A program made the translations under genes and the position numbers. The notes beneath the pieces are model-generated. The model searched no databases. It was not told the DNA's origin and saw only the letters and a program-made list of their open reading frames with translations. A stretch of 63,711 nucleotides of DNA, filler included, from Candidatus Babelota bacterium (GTDB taxonomy: Bacteria; JAGOBX01), in NCBI GenBank assembly GCA_017999075.1. It is 9 parts of 9 records of this genome, joined end to end, with 100 filler letters (N's around TTAATTAATTAA, not from the genome) between each part and the next. Parts side by side here need not be neighbours in the genome. Positions count along the whole stretch, not along the records: positions 7,148 to 14,183 come from JAGOBX010000181.1; positions 14,284 to 21,317 come from JAGOBX010000182.1; 7 more parts are not named here. One strand, written 5' to 3'. This document shows positions 8,767-17,977 of the stretch, one piece after another. Each line of letters opens with the position of its first letter. Within the stretch, counting starts at the first letter, position 1.

Positions 8767-9717
8767 TTATAAAAGATTATTGTTTATCCAATCCTGATCA
8801 ATTTCATAAATTTCCGGCGAATAATGATACGCTATTATATTATTTTTTATATCAAATTTTTGTTTTATATTATTAGGTAAAAACAATTTAATTATTCCAT
8901 TTAAAGTATTTGCTGTTTTAAAAAAAAATGGATTTAAAAACAATGGAGCTTTCAAATTCATATTTTGGGCAATTTCTGCATATAACGATTTTACAGATAT
9001 ATTTTTTTTATCAGCAACAATTTTAACGATTGTGTTTGCGTCATTTTTTAATGCCGTATTATTAAATGCCAGCCCTAAAATTAAATTAATAACAAGATCT
9101 GAATGAGCTATATGCCACACACAGTTTTTTTCTGACACCACAATTCTGTATTTCAATGATTGCATTCTTTTTTTTATAGTGCCGAAATATTTATCATCAT
9201 CGTAAAGGTATGCGGATCTTAGTATGATTTTATTTATGTCCTTATAAGACATAATTATTTTTTCTGCTTCAATTTTTGATTTTCCGTATTCATCTTTAGC
9301 TGAATAATTAAAATCATTTTTGTATATCTTCTTTTTAGAATTTAGTTTTTTACCATTTAAAACTGAAACAGAACTGAGATATATTAACTTAGGAATATTG
9401 TTTGACTTTACAATTTCACATACATGTTCTGAACCTTCAATGTTTGTTTTATAAAGCTGTTCAATATCGTCATTTTTATTGTATGAAGCCAGATGTATCA
9501 TAACATTTATAGTAATATTTTGAGGAATGGAGAAATTATTAATTTCTCCTGATATAAATATGATATTTTCATGTTTTCTCCAGTATTCAGGAATTTTTTC
9601 AGGGGATCTTATAAGCAAAAATAATTTACACGATTTATTTTTAGTGAAATATTCTATGAATTTATCTATTAATTTTTTACCTAAATATCCGGTAGAACCG
9701 GTTATAAAAATGTTCAT
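8767..9717 (-). CDS. NAD-dependent epimerase/dehydratase (extended SDR)
   Basis: 'FITGSTGYLG', 'IHLAS', 'YLSSVSV', catalytic 'YGKSK'. Confidence 0.9.
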   Translation of the reverse strand: MNIFITGSTGYLGKKLIDKFIEYFTKNKSCKLFLLIRSPEKIPEYWRKHENIIFISGEINNFSIPQNITINVMIHLASYNKNDDIEQLYKTNIEGSEHVCEIVKSNNIPKLIYLSSVSVLNGKKLNSKKKIYKNDFNYSAKDEYGKSKIEAEKIIMSYKDINKIILRSAYLYDDDKYFGTIKKRMQSLKYRIVVSEKNCVWHIAHSDLVINLILGLAFNNTALKNDANTIVKIVADKKNISVKSLYAEIAQNMNLKAPLFLNPFFFKTANTLNGIIKLFLPNNIKQKFDIKNNIIAYHYSPEIYEIDQDWINNNLL

Positions 9718-9834
9718 AATATAAAATGTTTTATATTAGTGTATGGAAAAAATCAATATTGAAATTGTTGCTTTTTTATTATTTAAGTTGTAAAATTTTT
9801 TTGAATAAAATTATTTATTTAAGGATTAAAATTT

Positions 9835-10080
9835 GTGAAAATAAAAGTTTGTCTTGGCACATGCTGCCATTTGCTTGGAAATTATGAAATAATTGAAGTA
9901 CTTGAGAAAACAGCAAAAAATAATATAAATATTGAATTTTCAGGTGCTACCTGTTTAAACCATTGCCGGGATTCAGAGTTAAAACCTCCTTTTGTTGAAA
10001 TAGATGGAGAAATAATTCAAAATGTTAAAGTTGAGGATGTTTTAAATTATATAAAATCAAGGGAACTCTCGCAGCAGTAA
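9835..10080 (+). CDS. NuoE-like thioredoxin-fold [2Fe-2S] protein (hydrogenase-associated)
   Basis: 'VCLGTCCHLLG...GATCLNHC...PPFVEIDG'. Confidence 0.85.
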   Translation: MKIKVCLGTCCHLLGNYEIIEVLEKTAKNNINIEFSGATCLNHCRDSELKPPFVEIDGEIIQNVKVEDVLNYIKSRELSQQ

Positions 10081-10164
10081 ATTTTTTTATCAATAAAATT
10101 AGAAAAAAATATTAGTTATATTATTATATTATATAGCCTGATAGTTTTGAAATAGGGAAAAAAT

Positions 10165-11619
10165 ATGTTTTATTTTACAGAAATTACAGTAATAAAACGC
10201 AGAATACTGAGTTTGTTATGCGAATATTTATTTAACAATGAATATGATAAAATACGGGAAATACCATATATAATCAGTAGTTATAAAGATAAACCTTATA
10301 GATGCTGCGTATATCATGATAGAGCTATCACATCAGATAGAATTAAAATTCTGTTGGGACTTGATGAAAATAAATTTAGAAATGTAAGCTGGAATGACTG
10401 CCTCCAATCATCAATAGCTTCAAAAAATAAAATGCCGTTCATTTATGTTATGACTGAGGCTTGTCATGAATGCCCTCAGAAACGGTATTATATCACTGAA
10501 GCGTGTCAGCATTGTGTAGCTCATCCGTGTAAAATGAATTGTCCTAAAAACGCTATTGAGATACTTTCTAATCGGGCTGTTATTAATGAAGATTTATGCG
10601 TTGAATGCAGTTTATGCAGTAAGCTTTGCCCATATCATGCTATAATTGAAGTCAGCAGGCCATGTGAAAATTCCTGCCCTGTGAATGCAATAAAAACTAA
10701 TGAATGCGGGATTGCTGAAATTGACGAATCAAAATGTATTCTGTGCGGAAGATGTATGTTAAGCTGTCCTTTTGGCGCTATAGTTGAAAAAAGTTATGTG
10801 AAAGATTTTATATTAGATATAAAAAATGGAATAAAAATAAATGCAGTTATAGCTCCTTCAATAGTTGGGCAGTTTTCTCCTAAAGCAAATTTAGAACAGA
10901 TTATTACTGCTTTAAAAAAATGCGGATTACATGAAGTAGTTGAAGCTGCAGAAGGAGCAGATGCTGCCGGTGATTTGGAAAGTTCTGAAATTCTTCAAAT
11001 GGATAAACATAATAAAAAATTTCTTACTTCATCTTGTTGCCCTTCTTTTGTGAATTGTTTGAAAATGCATTATCCTGCTTTAGTTCAAAATATTTCTTCA
11101 ACTTTGTCTCCGATGCTGATAACTGCGGCAAAATTAAAAACCAAATTTCCTGAATATAAAACTGTTTTTATTGGTCCATGCATTTCAAAAAAAAAGGAAG
11201 CAGAAGAACATAACGAACCATTGATAGATTACGTATTGACTTTTGAAGAAATTGCCTGCATATTTGCAGCCAAAAAGATTGATGTTTCGTCTCTTGATAA
11301 AACAGAGATTCTAAATCCGGCAACGAAGTATGGCAGAGGATTTGGAGTTTCCGGAGGAGTTATTCAAGCAATAAAATATTTTTTGTTGAAAAAAAACAGC
11401 GTATTTAATTTCAATGCAAAACTCATAAATGGAATTAATAAAGAAACCTTAAAAATTCTTAAAGGTGCTGCATTCGGTAAAACGGATTTTAATTTTATAG
11501 AAGGAATGTGCTGTGAAGACGGATGCATAGGAGGACCGGGCATAGTGACGAAACCTCAATTGTCGAAGAAAATATTGAATGAACTGCTGTCAAATTCAGA
11601 TGATGAAATTAAGATTTAG
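10165..11619 (+). CDS. Monomeric [FeFe]-hydrogenase, group B-like (HfsD-like), with N-terminal ferredoxin domains
   Basis: H-cluster motifs 'TSSCCPSF', 'FIGPCISKKKEA', 'EGMCCEDGCIGGPG'; several CxxCxxCxxxCP-type clusters; 'YRCCVYHDRA'. Confidence 0.9.
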   Translation: MFYFTEITVIKRRILSLLCEYLFNNEYDKIREIPYIISSYKDKPYRCCVYHDRAITSDRIKILLGLDENKFRNVSWNDCLQSSIASKNKMPFIYVMTEACHECPQKRYYITEACQHCVAHPCKMNCPKNAIEILSNRAVINEDLCVECSLCSKLCPYHAIIEVSRPCENSCPVNAIKTNECGIAEIDESKCILCGRCMLSCPFGAIVEKSYVKDFILDIKNGIKINAVIAPSIVGQFSPKANLEQIITALKKCGLHEVVEAAEGADAAGDLESSEILQMDKHNKKFLTSSCCPSFVNCLKMHYPALVQNISSTLSPMLITAAKLKTKFPEYKTVFIGPCISKKKEAEEHNEPLIDYVLTFEEIACIFAAKKIDVSSLDKTEILNPATKYGRGFGVSGGVIQAIKYFLLKKNSVFNFNAKLINGINKETLKILKGAAFGKTDFNFIEGMCCEDGCIGGPGIVTKPQLSKKILNELLSNSDDEIKI

Positions 11620-11637
11620 TAATAGATTATAAAAAAT

Positions 11638-11904
11638 ATGAATTTAACGGATAAAAAAGAAAGTTTATATTTATGTGTTGGTTCTGCCTGTCATCATAAA
11701 GGCGCGTATTATGTTTTACCGAAATTGACTGAATTGTTAAGTAAAAACGGATTTGGAAATAAAATAGAATTGAAAGGTTCATTTTGTCTTGGACCATGCA
11801 CAGACGGAATAGTTGTAAAGTTTAGAGATAATATGATATTGAAAATTACTCCGGAAAATATTGAACAGAAGTTTTTAGATGAAATAATTCCATTGTTAGA
11901 TTAA
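11638..11904 (+). CDS. Thioredoxin-like [2Fe-2S] ferredoxin (HfsA-like)
   Basis: 'LCVGSACHHKG...ELKGSFCLGPCTDGIVV'. Confidence 0.88.
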   Translation: MNLTDKKESLYLCVGSACHHKGAYYVLPKLTELLSKNGFGNKIELKGSFCLGPCTDGIVVKFRDNMILKITPENIEQKFLDEIIPLLD

Positions 11905-11981
11905 AATAAACAGTTTAAAATTTTGAATTGACTGTGATTTATTTAAAATATTTTTAATTAAAATTCTTGAAAGGTAAAAAA

Positions 11982-12491
11982 ATGGAGAAACTTCATAAAA
12001 CGTTATGGGAACTTTTATGGGATTATGATCCCAATGGACTTATAGTTGCAGACAGCAGCACTTTTAAAATAAAAATAGTTAATCCTTCGTTTTGCAGAAT
12101 GTTCAGTCAAACCAGAGAAAATATTATTGGTAAAAATATTTCTGAAATACTTAATAATGAATCTGATTTTAAAAAAGTATGTATAGAAAATATTGTTATC
12201 CATGGCAAAGAAGCCAATTATCCTGAGTTAAAATTATATGTCAAACAATTGATTTTTAAAATTCCTGATGAAAATATTGTGGCGTGTATAATGGTGGATA
12301 TTTCTGCTGAATACGCTCACAATCTTGATATGATGAGGTTAAAAGAAGAAACAATAGAAAAAGTAAATAAGGTCGTAGACAAACAAATGAAGGTTGCTCA
12401 GGAAATTGCCGGATTGCTCGGAGAAACAACCGCAGAAACAAAATCAAGCTTGTTGAAACTTATAGCAATGTTGAAAAAAGATATAGTTTAA
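11982..12491 (+). CDS. Stand-alone PAS-domain protein carrying the C-terminal tail of HydS/HfsB sensory hydrogenases
   Basis: PAS 'DPNGLIVAD...VNPSFCRMF...IIGK'; tail 'VVDKQMKVAQEIAGLLGETTAETK'; no H-cluster cysteine motifs. ATG at 11982 preferred over the TTG at 11967. Confidence 0.85.
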   Translation: MEKLHKTLWELLWDYDPNGLIVADSSTFKIKIVNPSFCRMFSQTRENIIGKNISEILNNESDFKKVCIENIVIHGKEANYPELKLYVKQLIFKIPDENIVACIMVDISAEYAHNLDMMRLKEETIEKVNKVVDKQMKVAQEIAGLLGETTAETKSSLLKLIAMLKKDIV

Positions 12492-12553
12492 TTTTAAAAC
12501 TGCAATTGATTAAAAAAAATTGTTGTAACAACATAAAAAACCGGAATTTAAAA

Positions 12554-13726
12554 ATGGAATCTCAACTTGAAATTTATGATTTGAGTTTAAAAAAAACAGA
12601 TGAGGAACTTTGCGGAGATAAAGTTAAAATTTATTCGAATAAAGAAAAAACAATAATTGTACTGTCTGACGGACTTGGAAGCGGAGTAAAAGCAAATATA
12701 CTTGCGACTATGACTTCTGAAATAATTGTGAAAATGCTTAGCGAAAATATTCCTCTTGAAGAAGTTATTAATACAATAATATCTACTTTACCTATTTGTC
12801 AAATCAGGAAAATTGCTTATGCGACATTCACTATTCTTGAAATAGATAATAATACATATAAATATAAAGTGGTAAATTTTGATAATCCGAAAGTGTTTGT
12901 ATTTAAAAATAAAAAAATTATGCATATGGACCGGGAATCCAGGCAGGTGATAGACAAAAAAATTAATATATTTGAAAATAAGCTGGATGAAGGCGATTTT
13001 ATAGGAATTATAAGTGATGGAGTTATGTATGCTGGATTGGGATCATCTTTTAATTTTGGCTGGGGCTGGGATAATATAGGTTTATTTATTGAAAATATTT
13101 TGAATTCTGAAAATGAGACCAAGCCTACAGCTCAGGAAATAGTTTACAAAGTTATTACAAATACCCATAAACTGTACGGAGGAATTGTGGGAGACGATGC
13201 TTCTTTTGCCGGAATTATGCTGAGAGAGAAAAAGTCAATAATTATTTTTACTGGCCCGCCGTTAAATAAAGAAGATGATTTTAAAATAGTTAAACGCCTG
13301 CTTGATTTTAATGGCAGAAAAATTGTTTGCGGAGGAACTACTGGAAATATTGTAGGCAGATATTTGAATTCTGAACCTGAGGTTGATATCCTTACAATGA
13401 CTCATGATACACCGCCTATAGCAAGATTGAAAAAAATTGATTTGGTTACAGAAGGAATTCTTACAATGACAAAGGCCCTTGATTATTTAAAAGAATTCGG
13501 CACAGATTCAGTAAGTTTATCAAAAAATGGCCAAAATGGAGCAGTGATGCTTGCAAAAGAAATTATAGCTGCGGATTCAATTAAATTTATAGTGGGCCAA
13601 AAAATAAATGAATATTATCAGAATCCTGAATTGCCGTCGCAGATTTCAATAAGAAAAAATCTTATAAAAGATTTTGCAGTGTTTTTGCTTGAACAAAAAA
13701 AAGAAGTTTCTATAGAATATTGCTGA
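12554..13726 (+). CDS. SpoIIE/PP2C-family Ser/Thr phosphatase (HfsC-like)
   Basis: 'EELCGD', 'LSDGLGSGVKANIL', 'SDGV', 'GDDAS', 'TGPP', 'VCGGTT', 'DLVTEGILT'. ATG at 12554 preferred. Confidence 0.9.
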   Translation: MESQLEIYDLSLKKTDEELCGDKVKIYSNKEKTIIVLSDGLGSGVKANILATMTSEIIVKMLSENIPLEEVINTIISTLPICQIRKIAYATFTILEIDNNTYKYKVVNFDNPKVFVFKNKKIMHMDRESRQVIDKKINIFENKLDEGDFIGIISDGVMYAGLGSSFNFGWGWDNIGLFIENILNSENETKPTAQEIVYKVITNTHKLYGGIVGDDASFAGIMLREKKSIIIFTGPPLNKEDDFKIVKRLLDFNGRKIVCGGTTGNIVGRYLNSEPEVDILTMTHDTPPIARLKKIDLVTEGILTMTKALDYLKEFGTDSVSLSKNGQNGAVMLAKEIIAADSIKFIVGQKINEYYQNPELPSQISIRKNLIKDFAVFLLEQKKEVSIEYC

Positions 13727-13734
13727 AAATTTGT

Positions 13735-14183
13735 TTATTTGGAACTTAAATTCCATTTTAAAATAAACTTAGCATATCCTGATGATTTAGAAAAACCAGG
13801 TAATTCGCCTGTAATAAATGACTCGTCGAATTCTGATTCTATTTTAATTTCTCCGTTGTAAAGTTTTATTATGCTGTAGGATATGCTTAATCCCAGACCT
13901 GTTCCGTCTCCTGTTTTTTTTGTTGTAAAATACGGGTCAAATACTTTGTCTATATGCTCTTTTTTTATTCCAGTCCCATTATCGAAGAATTCGATAATTA
14001 AAAATTTAAGATCGTCATACATTTTTATTTGGATATTTTTATTTTGTTTTCCTGAATGTTTTAGTGAATAAATAGCATTAAACATAAGATTAACAAAAAC
14101 CTGTTTTATTTGGTCTGTATTAGCATAAATAACAGGGTTTGATGCAGTATCGGTAAATGTGAGAGATATATTGTTTTTTTTAA
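13735..14183 (-). CDS. Sensor histidine kinase, C-terminal HATPase_c fragment (5' part lost at contig end)
   Basis: 'QIKQVFVNLMFNA', 'DNGTGI', 'FDPYFTTK', 'GTGLGL'; frame open to 14183. Confidence 0.92.
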
Positions 14184-14283
14184 NNNNNNNNNNNNNNNNN
14201 NNNNNNNNNNNNNNNNNNNNNNNNNNNTTAATTAATTAANNNNNNNNNNNNNNNNNNNNNNNNNNNNNNNNNNNNNNNNNNNN
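14184..14283. other. Artificial contig linker
   Basis: N44-TTAATTAATTAA-N44. Confidence 0.98.
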
Positions 14284-14623
14284 GAAACCATTGAGATTCC
14301 GGTCTTAACTGTAAAGTTTTATCGTCTATCCATCTGTATTCTCCAGATTGTTTGAAATCGGTTATAATATATTTTGAAGGATTATCTTCAGAACAAGGCG
14401 CTTCTTTTTTTTGAGAAACTCTGAAAAATATTGTTACAGGATCATATTCTCGTAAAAATTTTTCAGGTAAAACTGTTACATCTGATTTTGAAATAAATTT
14501 GATGTTATGATCTGCGGGGATAAAATCATAAGGTTTTCCTGATAATAGTGCGGGATTAATAAAGTTATAGAAAATCAAAAAAAGAAATATAAGCATAATC
14601 ATAAAAAATATATTTTTTTTCAT
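14284..14623 (-). CDS. N-terminal fragment of a secreted protein, probably bacterial alpha-2-macroglobulin family (truncated by contig end)
   Basis: Signal or anchor helix; 'PEKFLREYDPVTIFF...GEYRWIDDKTLQLRPESQW' resembles the G.W.W.D..TL.F.P...W motif of A2M N-terminal domains. Confidence 0.55.
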
Positions 14624-14890
14624 TGAGCGTTCTCCTTTCCTATGAATTTATATGCATACAATGAAGATAATAAAAATAATTGGATTTTCGCTGATTTTAT
14701 TTTTTTATAATTTATTTAATAACCATATAACTTAAATAAAAAAAATTCAATATGAATTGATTTTTAAATGAAAATAATTATAATTTATATATGTAATGAT
14801 TTAGTTTAAAATTTTGGGGCCGATTATTTTATAATTTATGTTGATAAAAATAATTTTTCCGGATGTCCCCCGGCAGGAGGCAAATTTATT

Positions 14891-16231
14891 ATGACTGCAT
14901 ATGATATTATTTTAAAAAAAAGAAACGGCGGAGTTTTGACAGACGATGAGATTAAATTTATAATTACCGGATTTACTAAAAATGATATAAAAGATTATCA
15001 GATTACCGCATTTTTGATGGCTGTGTGGTTTAATAAAATGAATGGTAGAGAACGTGCAGTTTTAACGGAATGTATGCTCAATTCCGGTAAAAAAATTGAT
15101 TTGTCCAGTATAAAAAAAATAAAAGTAGATAAACACAGTACCGGTGGGGTTGGCGATGGGGTATCTTTATCTTTAGCTCCTATTGTTGCTGCTAACGGGA
15201 TACCTGTTCCTATGATGTCAGGCAGAGGACTCGGACATACAGGAGGAACTCTTGATAAACTTGAATCAATCCCCGGTTTTTCTGTTGAATTGACTCAACA
15301 GAAAATTATTGATATATTGCAAAATGTCGGAGTTTTGATAATGGGACAAACTGACGATATAGTTCCTGCTGACAAAAAAATGTATGCACTGCGCGATGTT
15401 ACTGCAACTGTAGATTCAATAGATCTGATTTCAGCAAGTATAATGAGCAAAAAACTCGCTGAAGGAATGGATGCACTGCTGCTTGATGTAAAAACAGGCA
15501 AAGGAGCCTTCATGCAGAAATATGAAGATTCAGTGGCTTTGGCAAAATCAATGATAGAAATAGGAGAAAATCTTGGCAAAAAAATGGTTGCGCTTATTAC
15601 AGATATGAATCAGCCTCTTGGAAGAGCAGTGGGAAATTCTCTTGAAATAATTCAATCAATAGAGATTTTGAAGGGAAATGGACCTGAAGATATAACTAAA
15701 CTTGTGAAATTTGAGTCAGCATATATGATAATGCTTGGAGGGTTAGCTGAAAACTTGGAAGAAGCTCTTGAAAAAGTTGAGAAAGTCATAAAAAACGGGA
15801 AAGCTCTTGAAGTTTATGGAAAAATGATTGCAGCTCAAAATGGCAACCCGGAAGTTATTAACGATTATGCATTGTTTCCTCAAACAAGAGAAATGATCGA
15901 AGTAAGAAGTAGAGAAACAGGATATATTTCTGAAATAGATGCTATGGGAGTAGGGATATCAACTTTGATTTTGGGAGCAGGAAGAGAAACAAAAGAATCT
16001 GTAATTGATTATGCTGTTGGAGCTGTTTTGAAAAAAAAAGTGGGAGATTTTGTGAATAAAGGCGATTTGCTGGCTGAATTTTATGTGAACAATAAATCAA
16101 GATGGGAAGATGCTCAATTAAAATTTTTGAACAGTTACAGTTTTTCAAAAGAAAAACCTGAAATACCTCCGCTGATATGTTCGGTGGTGGATATTAATTC
16201 CGTAAAAAAATTAAATATTCCGAGAGGTTAA
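14891..16231 (+). CDS. pdp: Pyrimidine-nucleoside (thymidine) phosphorylase
   Basis: 'DKHSTGGVGD', 'MSGRGLGHTGGTLDKLESIPG', 'YALRDVTATV', 'SIMSKKLAEG'; AGGAGG RBS. Confidence 0.96.
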   Translation: MTAYDIILKKRNGGVLTDDEIKFIITGFTKNDIKDYQITAFLMAVWFNKMNGRERAVLTECMLNSGKKIDLSSIKKIKVDKHSTGGVGDGVSLSLAPIVAANGIPVPMMSGRGLGHTGGTLDKLESIPGFSVELTQQKIIDILQNVGVLIMGQTDDIVPADKKMYALRDVTATVDSIDLISASIMSKKLAEGMDALLLDVKTGKGAFMQKYEDSVALAKSMIEIGENLGKKMVALITDMNQPLGRAVGNSLEIIQSIEILKGNGPEDITKLVKFESAYMIMLGGLAENLEEALEKVEKVIKNGKALEVYGKMIAAQNGNPEVINDYALFPQTREMIEVRSRETGYISEIDAMGVGISTLILGAGRETKESVIDYAVGAVLKKKVGDFVNKGDLLAEFYVNNKSRWEDAQLKFLNSYSFSKEKPEIPPLICSVVDINSVKKLNIPRG

Positions 16232-16379
16232 AACAATATAAGTTTTTTTGTTCAAAAAAAAATATATATCGTGATTTTTAATAAATCCGATAAAAATAAA
16301 ATGTTTTTTGTTTGTAAAAAAAATATTTAAAACCCAAAATTAGTTTTGTGTAGAATTTAGTTAGGGAGATTTTTCAATA

Positions 16380-17915
16380 TTGCTGTCTAAAACTTTCAGC
16401 GGTTTAATTGATGGTATTAGCGGAGTTATAATAACTATTGAAGCAGATGTTTCAAAAGGTCTGCCGTATTTTAATATAATAGGTGTTGCTGATACTTCAG
16501 TTAAAGAAAGTAAAGATAGAATACGATCGGCTATTCTGAATAGCCAGCTTCCGTTTCCTGAAGCTAAAATTACTTTGAATCTTGCTCCTGCTTCAATTAG
16601 AAAAGAAGGAGCCTCATTTGATCTGGGCAGCGCTATAGCAATTTTATCATCTGGCGAATTTATAGAAAATTTAAATATTGAAAAATATTTTTTTATAGGC
16701 GAACTTTTATTGTCAGGCGAGATAAAACCTGTTCCTGGAGTTATGCCTCTTACTTTAAGCGCATTAGAAAATAAGTTTGAATATGTTATAGTTCCTGAAG
16801 AAAATAAATATGAGGCAGGAATTATTACAGGTATAAAAGTAATTCCAGTCAAAACATTATATCAGGCAGTCCAGTTTTTAAACGGCAGACTCGAAATTGT
16901 ACCGTTTTCAGTAAACCGCGAAGAAATTGACGATGTGAAATATCAATATGATTTTTCAGAAATAGTAGGTCAGAATCTTGCCAGGCGTGGACTTGAAATC
17001 GCTTCTGCCGGAGGACATAATATTTTAATGGTTGGTCCGCCTGGAACAGGTAAAACTTTAATGGCAAAAACTTTTCCTTCAATATTGCCTGATATGACTT
17101 TTGAAGAAGCTTTTGAAACCACTAAAATCCATTCTATTGCAGGGTTGATATCTTCAGGAGTTTCTTTGATTAAACAGCGTCCATTCAGAAATCCTCATCA
17201 TACAGTAAGTACAGTTTCCTTAATAGGCGGCGGCCAGAACTCAAAACCTGGTGAAGTCAGTTTAGCTCATAACGGAGTTTTATTTTTAGATGAATTTCCC
17301 GAATTCAAAAGAAGTGCATTAGAAGTTTTAAGGCAGCCTCTTGAAGACGGAGTTGTAACTGTAAGCCGCATAAAAGCAGTTTATACATATCCATCAAAAT
17401 TAATTCTTGTTGCAGCTATGAACCCATGCCCGTGCGGATATTTAAACCATCCTGAAAAAAATTGTTCATGCAGTCATTTTTCAATTGAAAAATATTTATC
17501 CAAATTGTCAGGACCATTGCTTGACAGAATAGATATTCATATTGAAGTGCTTCCTGTAAACAAACGCGAATTGCTGGATAATAAAAAAAATAAAAATGCT
17601 GAATCTTCAAAAACAATAAAAAATAGAGTTCAAACCGCGAGAAATATTCAAAATGAAAGATTTAAAAATACAGGAATTTATTGTAATGCGTATATGAACA
17701 AACAGCAACTGAAAAAATTTTGCTCATTAACTGATGAACAAAATGAACTTCTTGTTGAAACTATAGAAAAATTCAAATTATCAGCGCGATCTTATGATAA
17801 AATTTTAAAATTAAGCAGAACTATAGCTGACCTTGAAGGCAAAGATAAAATTGACGATGATCATTTGATTGAAGCAGTTTCATTTAGAACTTTAGACAAA
17901 AATAAATGGTTTTAA
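16380..17915 (+). CDS. comM: YifB/ComM Mg-chelatase-like AAA+ ATPase
   Basis: 'NLAPASIRKEG', 'GPPGTGKT', 'RPFRNPHHT', 'PGEVSLAHNGVLFLDE', 'AMNPCPCG', 'SGPLLDRID'. Confidence 0.95.
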   Translation: MLSKTFSGLIDGISGVIITIEADVSKGLPYFNIIGVADTSVKESKDRIRSAILNSQLPFPEAKITLNLAPASIRKEGASFDLGSAIAILSSGEFIENLNIEKYFFIGELLLSGEIKPVPGVMPLTLSALENKFEYVIVPEENKYEAGIITGIKVIPVKTLYQAVQFLNGRLEIVPFSVNREEIDDVKYQYDFSEIVGQNLARRGLEIASAGGHNILMVGPPGTGKTLMAKTFPSILPDMTFEEAFETTKIHSIAGLISSGVSLIKQRPFRNPHHTVSTVSLIGGGQNSKPGEVSLAHNGVLFLDEFPEFKRSALEVLRQPLEDGVVTVSRIKAVYTYPSKLILVAAMNPCPCGYLNHPEKNCSCSHFSIEKYLSKLSGPLLDRIDIHIEVLPVNKRELLDNKKNKNAESSKTIKNRVQTARNIQNERFKNTGIYCNAYMNKQQLKKFCSLTDEQNELLVETIEKFKLSARSYDKILKLSRTIADLEGKDKIDDDHLIEAVSFRTLDKNKWF

Positions 17916-17977
17916 TTTATTATTATATGACTTTGGGAAATACTAAATATGAAATTATTTAAAAAACAGGATATTTT

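Noticed and set aside
9855-9870. TGGCAC as a sigma-54 -24 box for the hydrogenase operon
   Set aside because: It lies inside a coding sequence and the following GC is not at -12 spacing.
16361-16852. 163-aa antisense ORF over comM, and similar shadow ORFs (e.g. 7366-7710, 51330-51767, 56194-56610, 25587-25898)
   Set aside because: They lie opposite or within strongly conserved genes and show no motifs of their own.
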